64,000 bases of DNA, taken from assembly GCA_050698355.1 (NCBI GenBank), contig JBOHBN010000006.1, positions 13,277-77,276 of the forward strand, read 5' to 3'. The stretch is from Streptosporangiales bacterium (GTDB taxonomy: Bacteria; Actinomycetota; Actinomycetes; Streptosporangiales; WHST01). Positions 27,342 through 36,616 of the stretch are shown piece after piece. Every line of letters starts with the position of its first letter. Positions within the stretch are counted from its first letter, which is position 1. Position numbers and translations under genes: made by a program. The notes below the pieces were generated by a model that saw only the letters and a program-made list of their open reading frames with translations, did not search any database and was not told the DNA's origin.

Positions 27342-27656
27342 ATGACCGACATGGAGCTCTACGACCTGCGCGTCACGGTCGAGCGCATCGACGGCGAGTC
27401 GGTGTGTGGTCTGCGTGTCGGCGACTACTTCAAGCTGGTGAACAGCTCGCAGCTGCGGCTGCCGCCCGATCGCCACTTCTGCGTCTTCGCCCTGCAAGCG
27501 GTACTACCGCTGCTGCCGGCGAAGCAACGCCAACTGCCAGAGAGTGACTGGCTGGAACGGGACTCGCTGGTGTGCTGCCCGGACCCGGAGGAGCGGGTGG
27601 TGATGCGCATCGAGCGCACACGCCGGCGGCAGCTGGACTCGGCAGACCTGACATGA
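27342..27656 (+). CDS. TIGR04076-like small Cys-containing protein
   Basis: MELYDLRVTVERIDGESVCGLRVGDYF...RHFCVFALQAVLPLLPAKQR...LVCCPDPEERVVMRIERT pattern. Stop overlaps the next ATG (ATGA at 27653-27656). Confidence 0.6.
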   Translation: MTDMELYDLRVTVERIDGESVCGLRVGDYFKLVNSSQLRLPPDRHFCVFALQAVLPLLPAKQRQLPESDWLERDSLVCCPDPEERVVMRIERTRRRQLDSADLT

Positions 27657-28660
27657 CCGAGATCGGCCTCGGCGTCCAGTCCGACAAGCGTGCTGCCGAC
27701 TACGCGCGGCTCGCCGTGCTGGCGGAGAACGCCGGTTTCGATGTGGTCAGCGTGTTCGGTGATCTCATGTTCCAGCCGCCTGTCTTCCCGCTGCTGGAGA
27801 TGGCGCGGACGACGTCGCGGGTGCGGCTGGGTGCGGCGTGCTGGAACCCGTACACCATGCACCCGTACGAGATCGCCGGGCAGCTTGCTGCGGTCGACCA
27901 GGTATCAGGCGGCCGCGCGTACCTCGGGCTGGCGCGGGGTAGCTGGTTGGACGCGATCGGCGTGGCCCAGCCGGGGCCGGTGACTCATCTGTGCGAGGCG
28001 GTGCGCGTGATCCGGGCGCTGTTGCGCGGAGACGACGCGGGTGTCGAGGGTGAGGTGTTCCGGCTCGCGCCCGGTGCCCGGCTGCGCTACCCGCTGCCGG
28101 CGCGCGTACCGCCGCTGCTGTTGGGTGCGTGGGGGCCGCGGGTGGCGGCACTGGCCGGTGAGGTCGCCGACGAGGTGAAGATCGGCGGCACCGCCAATCC
28201 CGCCATGGTCGAGGTCATGCGCGAACGGATCGTGCCCGGACGGCGGGCTGCCGGCCGGCCGGACGACGCGGTCGGCGTCGTCGTCGGCGCGGTAACTGTC
28301 GTCGACGACGATGGTGCTGCCGCCAGGGCGCGGGCGCGCACCGAGGTGGCCATGTACCTGGCTGTGGTCGCAGAGCTTGACCCGACGGTGCAGTTGCCGT
28401 CCGGGTTGCTCGGCATGGTGCGCAAGCACTTGGACGTGGGGGACCACGAGCGCGCGGGTGCGTGTATCCCCGACGATGTGCTCGACCTGTTCGCGTTCGC
28501 AGGCACGCCGGAACAGGTGGCCGCACGGGCGCAGGAACTGGTTGATGCCGGTGCACGCCGGATTGAGTTCGGCACCCCGCATGGCCTGAGCGACGCAAGC
28601 GGGATCGAGCTGCTCGGCCATGCGGTACTCCCGTCGCTCGACCTCGGGGCGCGACGATGA
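27653..28660 (+). CDS. LLM-class F420/flavin-dependent oxidoreductase (methylene-H4MPT reductase-like)
   Basis: RLAVLAENAGFDVVSVFGDL...RAYLGLARGSWLD...AFAGTPEQVAARAQELVDAGARRIEFG. Confidence 0.85.
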   Translation: MTEIGLGVQSDKRAADYARLAVLAENAGFDVVSVFGDLMFQPPVFPLLEMARTTSRVRLGAACWNPYTMHPYEIAGQLAAVDQVSGGRAYLGLARGSWLDAIGVAQPGPVTHLCEAVRVIRALLRGDDAGVEGEVFRLAPGARLRYPLPARVPPLLLGAWGPRVAALAGEVADEVKIGGTANPAMVEVMRERIVPGRRAAGRPDDAVGVVVGAVTVVDDDGAAARARARTEVAMYLAVVAELDPTVQLPSGLLGMVRKHLDVGDHERAGACIPDDVLDLFAFAGTPEQVAARAQELVDAGARRIEFGTPHGLSDASGIELLGHAVLPSLDLGARR

Positions 28661-28703
28661 CTGCGCTCACCGTCCGGCTCGTACGCGAGGAGGCGTGTGC
28701 CAG

Positions 28704-29480
28704 ATGAGCCAACACACCGATGGGCAGCTCACGTACGGGAGCTACCTGCGTCTGGATGACCTGCTGTCGTGCCAATCTCCGCTCACCGACGCGCACGACG
28801 AGCTGCTGTTCGTCACTATCCACCAGGTGTACGAGCTGTGGTTCGCGCAGATCCTGCACGAGGCGGCGTTGCTGCAGGGCCGCCTCGAGTCCGGGGACAG
28901 CGCGGGAGCCCTGCACACAGCACGACGAATCGCGAAGATACTCAAGACCATCGTCGGGCAGCTCGACATCCTGGAGACGATGACGCCGCGGCAGTTCGCG
29001 TCCTTCCGCCCCGAGTTGGGGTCGGCGAGCGGTTTCCAGTCCAACCAGTTCAGGGAGATCGAAGCGGTACTCGGCCGTCGTGACTTCACGCCGTCGGCCA
29101 TGGACGCGCGCCTGGCTGCGGCGACCAGTCGCCGGTCGGTGTTCGATTCGCTGCTCCGCTACCTGGTGACCGCGGGCTTTCACATCCCTGCGGACGCGCT
29201 GGACCGTGACCCGCGGCAGACCTGGCACGCGAATCAACAGGTGCGGGCTGTGCTTGCCGAGGTGTATGCGGACGAGCGGAACCCCGCCGCCGAGATCTGC
29301 GAGGCGTTGGTCGACGTCGACGAGGGTGTGCAGGAGTGGCGGTACCGGCACGTGATGATGGTGGAGCGGATCATCGGCGCCAGGCTCGGCACCGGTGGGT
29401 CGACTGGGGTCGACTACCTGCGCAAGACGCTGTTCCGCCCAGCGTTCCCCGAGCTGTGGGAGGTGCGAAGTGTCCTGTGA
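28704..29480 (+). CDS. kynA: Tryptophan 2,3-dioxygenase
   Basis: LTYGSYLRLDDLLSCQSP...HDELLFVTIHQVYELWFAQILHE...FRPELGSASGFQSNQFREIE...WRYRHVMMVERIIG...GTGGSTGVDYLRKT. Confidence 0.9.
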   Translation: MSQHTDGQLTYGSYLRLDDLLSCQSPLTDAHDELLFVTIHQVYELWFAQILHEAALLQGRLESGDSAGALHTARRIAKILKTIVGQLDILETMTPRQFASFRPELGSASGFQSNQFREIEAVLGRRDFTPSAMDARLAAATSRRSVFDSLLRYLVTAGFHIPADALDRDPRQTWHANQQVRAVLAEVYADERNPAAEICEALVDVDEGVQEWRYRHVMMVERIIGARLGTGGSTGVDYLRKTLFRPAFPELWEVRSVL

Positions 29481-29543
29481 CTCCCGCGTCGACACCGAGG
29501 CCCTCACGTCACGTATGCCGTTGCCCCGAGCTGGAGAGTCACA

Positions 29544-30551
29544 ATGAGGTTGGATACCTTCCCGCGCGAGAAACTGCTGTTCGGCCCGTCGCCTGTCCAC
29601 CCACTTCACCGGTTGTCTGAGCATCTTGGCGGGGCACAGGTATGGGCCAAGCGCGAGGACTGCAACAGCGGATTGGCTTTCGGGGGCAACAAGACCCGCA
29701 AGCTGGAGTACCTTGTCGCTGACGCACGAAGTCAGGGATGCGACACGCTGGTATCGATTGGCGGGGTGCAATCGAATCACACCAGGCAGGTCGCCGCAGT
29801 TGCCGCGAACGCCGGTATGCGGGCCGTGCTGGTCCAGGAAAGCTGGGTGAACTGGCCGGACGCCGTTTACGACCGAGTGGGTAATATCCAGCTCAGCCGC
29901 ATCCTCGGTGCGGACGTACGGCTGGTGCAGGCCGAGTTCGGTATCGGCGTCAAGGATAGCTGGGAGCGGGTGCTTGCCGAGGTCGAGCAAGCGGGGGGCA
30001 AGCCGTACGCGATCCCCGCGGGGGCATCGGACCATCCGTTGGGCGGATTGGGGTTCGCGCGCTGGGCAGGCGAGGTCGAAGAGCAAGAACACGATCTCGG
30101 CCTGTTCTTCGACACGATCGTGGTGTGCTCGGTCACCGGCAGCACACAGGCGGGCATGGTCGCCGGATTCGCCGCCCAGACGCGTCCGCGGCGGGTCATC
30201 GGCATCGACGCTTCCGCCAAGCCGAACGAAACCCGCGATCAGGTTGCGCGGATCGCGCACCGTACCGCCGAGCTCATCGATGCGGGCCGAGACCTTGGCG
30301 ACGCGGAGATCGAGCTCGATGAACGCTTCCATGCCGGCGCCTACGGCATCCCCGATGCGCGGACGCTCGAAGCCATTCGTACCGCGGCCAGGCTGGACGG
30401 CATGGTCACCGACCCGGTGTACGAGGGCAAGTCAATGGCCGGGCTGATCGACCTGGTCGCCAACCGCGAGGTCGACGCCGACTCGACCGTGCTGTACGCC
30501 CATCTCGGCGGGCAACCCGCCTTGAGTGGCTACAGCGCGGTGGTCCATTGA
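29544..30551 (+). CDS. acdS: 1-aminocyclopropane-1-carboxylate deaminase
   Basis: [23 protein letters not shown] (PLP Lys). [30 protein letters not shown] and YAHLGG retain the Glu/Leu pair that distinguishes AcdS from D-cysteine desulfhydrase. Confidence 0.9.
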   Translation: MRLDTFPREKLLFGPSPVHPLHRLSEHLGGAQVWAKREDCNSGLAFGGNKTRKLEYLVADARSQGCDTLVSIGGVQSNHTRQVAAVAANAGMRAVLVQESWVNWPDAVYDRVGNIQLSRILGADVRLVQAEFGIGVKDSWERVLAEVEQAGGKPYAIPAGASDHPLGGLGFARWAGEVEEQEHDLGLFFDTIVVCSVTGSTQAGMVAGFAAQTRPRRVIGIDASAKPNETRDQVARIAHRTAELIDAGRDLGDAEIELDERFHAGAYGIPDARTLEAIRTAARLDGMVTDPVYEGKSMAGLIDLVANREVDADSTVLYAHLGGQPALSGYSAVVH

Positions 30552-30584
30552 GGACTGGCGCGATCCTCGGCAGCTGAGAACCGA

Positions 30585-31961
30585 TCACAGATCGGGTGGC
30601 CTGCGTCGGCCCGCAGGACAGACCTGCTCGATAGCGTGCCCGATCTCGAGTGCCGCGCGGTCGTTCCCGGGAGCCGTGACAACCTGCAGCCCGACCGGCA
30701 GCCCCTCAGGGGTGAATGCGGCCGGCACTGACAGGGCAGGGCACCCGGTTGCCGAGACCAGCGAACAAGCTCCCATCCACGCCAGGTAGTCGGGCATCTC
30801 GACCCCGGCAACCGAGGTCGGGTAGACCAGCCCCGCGTCGAACGGAACGACCTGGCTTACGGGCGCCAGTAGCGCGTCGTATCGGCCGAAGAACTCCCGC
30901 ACCCGCTGCAGGAGCGTGGCGTACGACCGGTCGGCTCGGTCGATGTCGGCGTCCGTGAGCTTCCGTCCCTGCTCGATGTTCCAGACCGCGTCGGGTTTGA
31001 GCTGCTCGTGGTGCCGGTCCAGCAGGTCGCCATGTGCGCGCTCCAGTTGCCATGCGCGCCGCACACGAAACACCTCGTCGGCGGTCGAGAGATCCGGGCA
31101 GTCGCGTACGACAGTCGCGCTGGCCTGCTCCAGTTGCCGCACCGCGGGCTCCAGAGCCTCGGTCACCGCTGGTTCCACGGGTACCAGACCGCCAAAGTCC
31201 GGAGCCCATGCCAAACGCAGGTCACGCGTGTCTACGTCCAACGGCAGGGTGAACTCGTCGCCACCAGCCGCGAGCACCGACATCAGCAGTGCCGTGTCCG
31301 ACACCGTGCGCCCCATCGGCCCCTTGGTCGAAAGCGACGGCCAAGGCGGCGGGGCCGTCGACGACGGCACCCGGCCCGATGATGGCCGCAGGCCGACGAC
31401 GTTGCAGAACGATGCCGGGTTGCGCAGCGAGCCGCCGGTGTCGCTGCCGTCCGCGAGGGGGGCCATGCCGGTGGTCAGCGCCGCGGCTGCGCCACCACTG
31501 CTGCCGCCGGCGCTCTTGGTCAGGTCGTACGGATTGCGAGTCAGGCCAAACACCGGGTTGAACGTGTGTGACCCGAGGCCGAGTTCGGGGGTGTTGGTCT
31601 TGCCGATCGTGATCGCGCCCGCGGCTCGCATCCGCTGCACGATCGGGTCATCACGGATAGGCACGTGTTTCGCGAACACCGGTGAGCCGTACGTGGTAAG
31701 AATACCCGCGGTGTCGACGAGGTCCTTGTGCGCGATCGGCAAGCCGTGCAACGGACCCAGCTCCGCGCCCGTCGCCACACGATGATCGGCCTCGTCAGCA
31801 CTGGCTCTTGCCTGCTCGGCGACCAGAGTTACCACGGCGTTTACCGCTGAGTTGGTGTCGTCAATGCGCTGCAGGTGCGCATCGAGTACTTCCCGGCAGG
31901 AAACCTCTTTGCGGCGAATGGCCGCAGCCAGTTCGACGGCGTCGCGGAAGTACAGGGTCAC
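30585..31961 (-). CDS. Amidase-signature (AS) family amidase
   Basis: GTG start at 31959-31961, 2 nt after the upstream stop. GLPIAHKDLVDTAGILTTYGS and GGSSGGAAAALTTGMAPLADGSDTGGSLRNPASFCNVVGLRPS signature. Confidence 0.85.
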   Translation of the reverse strand: MTLYFRDAVELAAAIRRKEVSCREVLDAHLQRIDDTNSAVNAVVTLVAEQARASADEADHRVATGAELGPLHGLPIAHKDLVDTAGILTTYGSPVFAKHVPIRDDPIVQRMRAAGAITIGKTNTPELGLGSHTFNPVFGLTRNPYDLTKSAGGSSGGAAAALTTGMAPLADGSDTGGSLRNPASFCNVVGLRPSSGRVPSSTAPPPWPSLSTKGPMGRTVSDTALLMSVLAAGGDEFTLPLDVDTRDLRLAWAPDFGGLVPVEPAVTEALEPAVRQLEQASATVVRDCPDLSTADEVFRVRRAWQLERAHGDLLDRHHEQLKPDAVWNIEQGRKLTDADIDRADRSYATLLQRVREFFGRYDALLAPVSQVVPFDAGLVYPTSVAGVEMPDYLAWMGACSLVSATGCPALSVPAAFTPEGLPVGLQVVTAPGNDRAALEIGHAIEQVCPAGRRRPPDL

Positions 31962-31963
31962 GC

Positions 31964-33253
31964 CTAGACCGTCTCCATCAGCTGGGACACACCCAGGTAG
32001 ATGAACAAAGCGATGATCGCGCAGAGCAACACGTTGGTGATGGTGCGGTTGCGGTGCTCGGTATCGACTCGGCGGGAGTTCAGCAGGAGCAGGAGTGCGA
32101 ACGCGAGAACCGGCATGAATATAGCCCCGGCGATGCCGTAGATGATGATAAGGACGACCGGAGTGTTGAAAAGCAGTAGCAGCATCGGCGGGAACGTCAT
32201 CAGAGCCAGGTAGGCGCGGAAGGACAGGCCCTTGTCCGACGGCGGCTTGACCGTATCCAAACCGGCCTTTCGGTTGCGGACGATCCTGACGAAGTCGGCG
32301 AACAGGTACGAGCACCCGTGCCACGGCCCCACTATGGATGTGAACACGGCGGCCCACACGCCGATGAGTAGGACCCACCTGGCTATGCTTCCGAACCGAT
32401 CGCCGTACGCCTCCGCGAGCTTGACCAGTCCCTCGTTGCCGCTGATGGTGATCCCGGTCCCGAACAGCAGCTCCGCGGCGACGATGAGGACCGCGATGGC
32501 GAAGATCCCGGTCAGGACGTAGGCCGTGCTGATGTCTGCCCGCATCATGCCGACCCACTTCTTGCCACGCCAGCCCTTCGCGGCGATCCAGTACGAGTAG
32601 CAGGTCAACGTGATCGTTCCGCCGACACCGCCGATGACGGCCAAGATCCGAGAGAAGGACCCTGTCGGCATTGACGGAGTGAGACTGTAGGAGATGTCGC
32701 CCAGATTGGCCAGGACCACGGCGGCCGACCCTACGACGGTGACAAACATGACGCCGATCAGCACCGTCATCGCCTTTTCCACCAGGGAATAGCGACCGAA
32801 CCACACCAAGATAAAGCCAGCGAGTGACGACAAGATGGCCCATAGCGCAAAGGGGGTTCCAGGGAACATCGCCGTTAGTATCAGCGCGCAGATCGATGGT
32901 TCGGCTGCGCCGTAGATGATGGCGAAAAAGAGGAGGTATACGCCGAAGTACGCGGTAGCCCACCAGCCCAGAGAATGCCATCCGCGTAGGAAGGACTGGC
33001 CGCTGGCCAGATGCCATCGCCCGATGCCCTCGCTCAGCACGAGTTTGATGCCGGCGCCCGCCACGATGGCCCACATCAGGCTCCAGCCGTAACTCGTGCC
33101 GGCGATCGTGGCCATGACGAAGTCGCCAGCCCCGACCCCGGAGGCGGCGACGACGATCCCGGGTCCGATGAACCGGAGTTTCCCTGCGAATGTGCGGGGA
33201 GGTTCGACTGGAGTATCTACTCCCGATGAGTGCGTGTCAGTGGATTCTGCCAA
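31964..33253 (-). CDS. Nramp-fold transporter lacking the canonical metal-site motifs
   Basis: Polytopic. TM1 region IGPGIVVAASGVGAGDFVMATIAGTSYGWSLMW aligns to the Nramp GPG...DPGN...GY.LLW, but DPGN is replaced. No MPH motif in the TM6-equivalent (IGGVGGTITLTCYSYW). TTG start at 33253 (AAGGA upstream) is tentative; the ORF is open to 33421. Confidence 0.7.
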   Translation of the reverse strand: MAESTDTHSSGVDTPVEPPRTFAGKLRFIGPGIVVAASGVGAGDFVMATIAGTSYGWSLMWAIVAGAGIKLVLSEGIGRWHLASGQSFLRGWHSLGWWATAYFGVYLLFFAIIYGAAEPSICALILTAMFPGTPFALWAILSSLAGFILVWFGRYSLVEKAMTVLIGVMFVTVVGSAAVVLANLGDISYSLTPSMPTGSFSRILAVIGGVGGTITLTCYSYWIAAKGWRGKKWVGMMRADISTAYVLTGIFAIAVLIVAAELLFGTGITISGNEGLVKLAEAYGDRFGSIARWVLLIGVWAAVFTSIVGPWHGCSYLFADFVRIVRNRKAGLDTVKPPSDKGLSFRAYLALMTFPPMLLLLFNTPVVLIIIYGIAGAIFMPVLAFALLLLLNSRRVDTEHRNRTITNVLLCAIIALFIYLGVSQLMETV

Positions 33254-33347
33254 GCTACTGTCCTTCTGCGTGGGGACCGCGTTTGACGACAGACTCGGCC
33301 TAGCCTGTAGCACAGTTAGTAGTCTGTCAACAGTAACCAGAGCGAGC

Positions 33348-33422
33348 CATGTTGACTCGCCCAGTCCGGGTGTGCATACCGGCAAATCAGGGCAGTTGGT
33401 CATGGCATAGCGAGTCAACATG
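33348..33422. promoter_or_regulatory. 13-bp perfect inverted repeat in a divergent promoter
   Basis: CATGTTGACTCGC (33348-33360) and GCGAGTCAACATG (33410-33422), 49-nt spacer, AT-richer region. The right arm overlaps the ATG at 33420. Confidence 0.35.
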
Positions 33423-34433
33423 GCATGGGAAGGCGGCGATGGTACTCGAGCTCACGGGGGACCCGTGACGAACACGTACAGCCAGGTACGCGGGCGTCCC
33501 GACCTGCCCGCCGGGCTGGTGGCGTCGACGCTCGCCGATCGGTACGGCATTGCGGGCTCGCTGCGCCCGTTGCCGTCCGAGCGCGACCAGAACTTCCTCG
33601 TCACCACGACCGATGGCTCCGCATACGTGGCGAAGGTGGCGAACGTCCACGAGCGACGGTGCGTGCTGGACTTGCAGTTGCTGGCGATGCGACGCCTCAC
33701 CGCGGCCGGGGTCGGCTGCCCGACGGTCGTGGAGACCGGCGACGGCGCTCACGTCCTCGACGTGGGCGGTCACCTGTTCCGCGTGCTCACCTACCTCCCG
33801 GGTCGGCTGCTTGCCGACAGGGTCGATCGGACACCAGCTCTGCTCTGGCACCTCGGCGAGTTCCTCGCGAACCTCGTGCGCGGCCTCGCCGGTTTCAGCC
33901 ATCCCGCGGCCGAGCGGCACTTGCAGTGGGACGTACGGCACGCCGCCGACGTGATCGGCGAGTACCTGCCCGATGTCCGCGCCGACTGCCGCGACCTGGT
34001 GCAGGAAACGAGGCGAATGTTCGTGGACCGCGTCGCACCCGTGCTTCCCGAACTGCCGCAAAGCGTCACGCACAACGACGCCAACGACCACAACCTGGTC
34101 CTCGACGGCGACCGCGTGGCGGGCATCATCGACTTCGGCGACATGGTGCGGTCGGTCACCGTCAACGAGCTGGCCGTGGGATGCGCGTACGCCGCACTCG
34201 AGCAGCCGGAACCGGCGGCGGCCGTGGCTCGGGTCGTCGGAGGGTACGAGTCAGTGCTGCCGCTCGGCGACCAGGAGCGGGCGCTGGTACCCGGTCTGGT
34301 GCGGGTGCGGCTCGCGACCAGTGTTGCCGTGTCAGCGCACCAGCAGGCGCTCGCACCGCACGACGCGTACCTGAGCGTGTCCGAGGCACCCGCGTGGGAG
34401 GCGCTCGCGCGGTTAGACGAAGGGAGCCGTTGA
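33420..34433 (+). CDS. APH-fold phosphotransferase (homoserine kinase type II / hydroxylysine kinase-like)
   Basis: LPSERDQNFLV...YVAKVAN. Catalytic VTHNDANDHNLVLD and IIDFGDM motifs. An alternative GTG start is at 33465. Confidence 0.8.
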   Translation: MAWEGGDGTRAHGGPVTNTYSQVRGRPDLPAGLVASTLADRYGIAGSLRPLPSERDQNFLVTTTDGSAYVAKVANVHERRCVLDLQLLAMRRLTAAGVGCPTVVETGDGAHVLDVGGHLFRVLTYLPGRLLADRVDRTPALLWHLGEFLANLVRGLAGFSHPAAERHLQWDVRHAADVIGEYLPDVRADCRDLVQETRRMFVDRVAPVLPELPQSVTHNDANDHNLVLDGDRVAGIIDFGDMVRSVTVNELAVGCAYAALEQPEPAAAVARVVGGYESVLPLGDQERALVPGLVRVRLATSVAVSAHQQALAPHDAYLSVSEAPAWEALARLDEGSR

Positions 34434-35726
34434 ATGTCGGTCGACGAGCTGCTCGCCCGCCGCGCACGCCACTTCTCGAAGGCCATGTCGGTGCACTACG
34501 CCAACCCGATCGAGGTGGTGCGCGGCCAGGGTGCCTACCTGTTCGACCCGCAGGGCCGGGAGTACCTGGATTGCATCAACAACGTGGCGCACGTGGGCCA
34601 CGCCCACCCCAGGGTGGCCGAGGCCGCGTACGAGCAGCTGCGCGTGCTCAACACCAATACCCGGTTCCTGTACGAGCAGCTGGTCGACTACGCCGAGCGC
34701 CTGACCGCGCTGCTGCCCGAGCCGCTCAGCACGTGCTTTCTGGTCAACTCCGGCAGTGAGGCCAACGAGCTTGCGCTGCGGCTTGCCCGTACCCACACCG
34801 GTCGCCGTGGCGTGGTCGTGCTCGAAGGCGCGTACCACGGCAACACCACATCGCTCATCGACCTGAGCCCCTACAAGTTCGACGGGCCGGGCGGCGAGGG
34901 CCGGCAGGCACACGTGCAGGTCGCGGCGACACCGGACCCGTATGGCGGGCGCTATGGCGGAGACGACAGCGGCCAGGCGTACAGCGCCGACGTCGCCGCC
35001 GCGCTCGAGCGGGGCGCCGCGGCGGGACACCCGGCGGGTGCGTTCTTCGCCGAACCGCTGCTCGGCTGCGCGGGCCAGGTCGAACCGCCGCCGGGATACC
35101 TGGCGGGGGCGTTCGCGGCCGTTCGGGCGGCCGGCGCTGTGTGCGTCGCCGACGAGGTCCAGGTCGGCTTCGGCCGGGTGGGCGACCGGTTCTGGGCGTT
35201 CGAAACGCAGCAGGCCGTGCCGGACATCGTCACGCTCGGCAAGCCGATCGGCAACGGTCACCCGCTCGGTGCAGTGGTCACCACTCCGGAGATCGCGGAG
35301 TCGTTCGCGAACGGAATGGAGTACTTCAACACCTTTGGCGGCAACCCGACATCGTGCGCGATCGGCCGTACGGTGCTCGACATCATCGCCGACGAGGGCC
35401 TGCAGGATCATGCCCACGCCGTGGGGAACCGGCTGGTCGCCGGCTTCACCGAGCTGGCCGAACGGCACCAGGTCATCGGCGACGTCCGCGGGCGCGGACT
35501 GTTTCTCGGTGTCGCGCTCGTCAGCGACCGGGATACCCGCGCGCCGGCCGCCGACGTCGCGAGGTCTCTCGTACGCAGGCTCCGTGACGAGCACAGGATC
35601 TTGCTGTCGGTCGAAGGGCCGGGAGACAACGTATTGAAGCTCAAGCCACCACTACCGTTCTCCGTTGCGGATACCGACCGCTTGGTTGCCGCCGTCGACC
35701 GTGAGCTGGAAAGCCGCGCGCTGTAA
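34434..35726 (+). CDS. Class III PLP aminotransferase-fold enzyme of the AGXT2L (phospho-lyase) type
   Basis: ATG directly follows the kinase stop. [57 protein letters not shown] (PLP Lys). Confidence 0.85.
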   Translation: MSVDELLARRARHFSKAMSVHYANPIEVVRGQGAYLFDPQGREYLDCINNVAHVGHAHPRVAEAAYEQLRVLNTNTRFLYEQLVDYAERLTALLPEPLSTCFLVNSGSEANELALRLARTHTGRRGVVVLEGAYHGNTTSLIDLSPYKFDGPGGEGRQAHVQVAATPDPYGGRYGGDDSGQAYSADVAAALERGAAAGHPAGAFFAEPLLGCAGQVEPPPGYLAGAFAAVRAAGAVCVADEVQVGFGRVGDRFWAFETQQAVPDIVTLGKPIGNGHPLGAVVTTPEIAESFANGMEYFNTFGGNPTSCAIGRTVLDIIADEGLQDHAHAVGNRLVAGFTELAERHQVIGDVRGRGLFLGVALVSDRDTRAPAADVARSLVRRLRDEHRILLSVEGPGDNVLKLKPPLPFSVADTDRLVAAVDRELESRAL

Positions 35727-35746
35727 TGCCCTGTCACCATTGGGGC

Positions 35747-36592
35747 ATGCAGCTCGAGGAACGGTTCGCCTGGCGTGGCCGCGAGGTCGCCTGGGGCAGG
35801 TCCGGCAGCGGCCCGGCGCTCGTGTTCTGTCACGGCACTCCCTGGTCGTCAGTGGTCTGGGAACCCTTCGCCGACGCGTTGGCGGGGGAGTTCACCGTGT
35901 ACCTGTGGGACATGCCCGGGTACGGCAGGTCTTCCAAGCATGCCGAGCACGCTGTCGACCTCGGTGTGCAGGGAGAGCTGCTGGCCGAGCTGTTCCAGTA
36001 CTGGCAACTGGACGCACCGCACGTCGTCGCCCATGACTACGGCGGCGCTGTGTCGCTGCGCGCGCGGCTGCTCCATGGAGCGGCGTACTCGTCGCTGTGC
36101 CTGGTGGATGTGGTTGCGCTCCGGCCCTGGGGCTCGCCCTTCTTCACCCTGGTCAAGGAGCACGCCGAGGTCCTCACGCAATTGCCGCCTGCCGTGCACC
36201 GCGGGGCGCTCGAAGCCTACGTCGCTGGCGCGAGCCACCGGGGGTTGCGTGACTCCGCGCTGCGGCAGCTGACCGAGCCGTGGGTGACCGGCGACGGCCA
36301 ATCGGCCTTCTACCGGCAGATCGCGCAGGCCGACGAAGCCCTGACCGCCGAGGCCGAGCCGCTGCTCGGTGAACTCGCCGTACCCACCCATATCGTCTGG
36401 GGCACCGAGGACACCTGGATCCCCGTCGACCGCGCCGAACGGCTGCGCCAGGCGATACCCGGCTCCACGGTGTCACTCATCCCCGAGGCAGGTCACCTCA
36501 TCCAGTACGACGCGCCCGTCGCGTTGGCCAGCGACCTGCACGGTTGGCTGACCGAGCGCGCGTACGTCGCGAGCGGTGTCGCCGACCGGTGA
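35747..36592 (+). CDS. Alpha/beta hydrolase
   Basis: PALVFCHGTPWSS...VVAHDYGGAV (nucleophile elbow with Asp, haloalkane-dehalogenase / epoxide-hydrolase-like)...EAGHLIQYD. Confidence 0.85.
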   Translation: MQLEERFAWRGREVAWGRSGSGPALVFCHGTPWSSVVWEPFADALAGEFTVYLWDMPGYGRSSKHAEHAVDLGVQGELLAELFQYWQLDAPHVVAHDYGGAVSLRARLLHGAAYSSLCLVDVVALRPWGSPFFTLVKEHAEVLTQLPPAVHRGALEAYVAGASHRGLRDSALRQLTEPWVTGDGQSAFYRQIAQADEALTAEAEPLLGELAVPTHIVWGTEDTWIPVDRAERLRQAIPGSTVSLIPEAGHLIQYDAPVALASDLHGWLTERAYVASGVADR

Positions 36593-36616
36593 ACGGCGGC
36601 GTTGGCGTGACAGGCT

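Noticed and set aside
28215-30332. 705-aa minus-strand ORF spanning the LLM, kynA and acdS loci
   Set aside because: R/P/A/G-rich low-complexity translation with no motifs. It is fully antisense to three genes with strong family signatures, a typical high-GC shadow ORF. The same reasoning rejects 58020-60221(-), 15976-17604(+), 21412-22974(-), 60745-62628(-), 51656-53536(-), 18003-19421(-), 43515-44648(-) and 868-1683(-).
30585-33074. 829-aa ORF read as a single gene
   Set aside because: Only the C-terminal 458 aa (from the GTG at 31961) are amidase. The upstream part is out-of-frame read-through over the Nramp-fold transporter gene, whose own frame ends at 31964.
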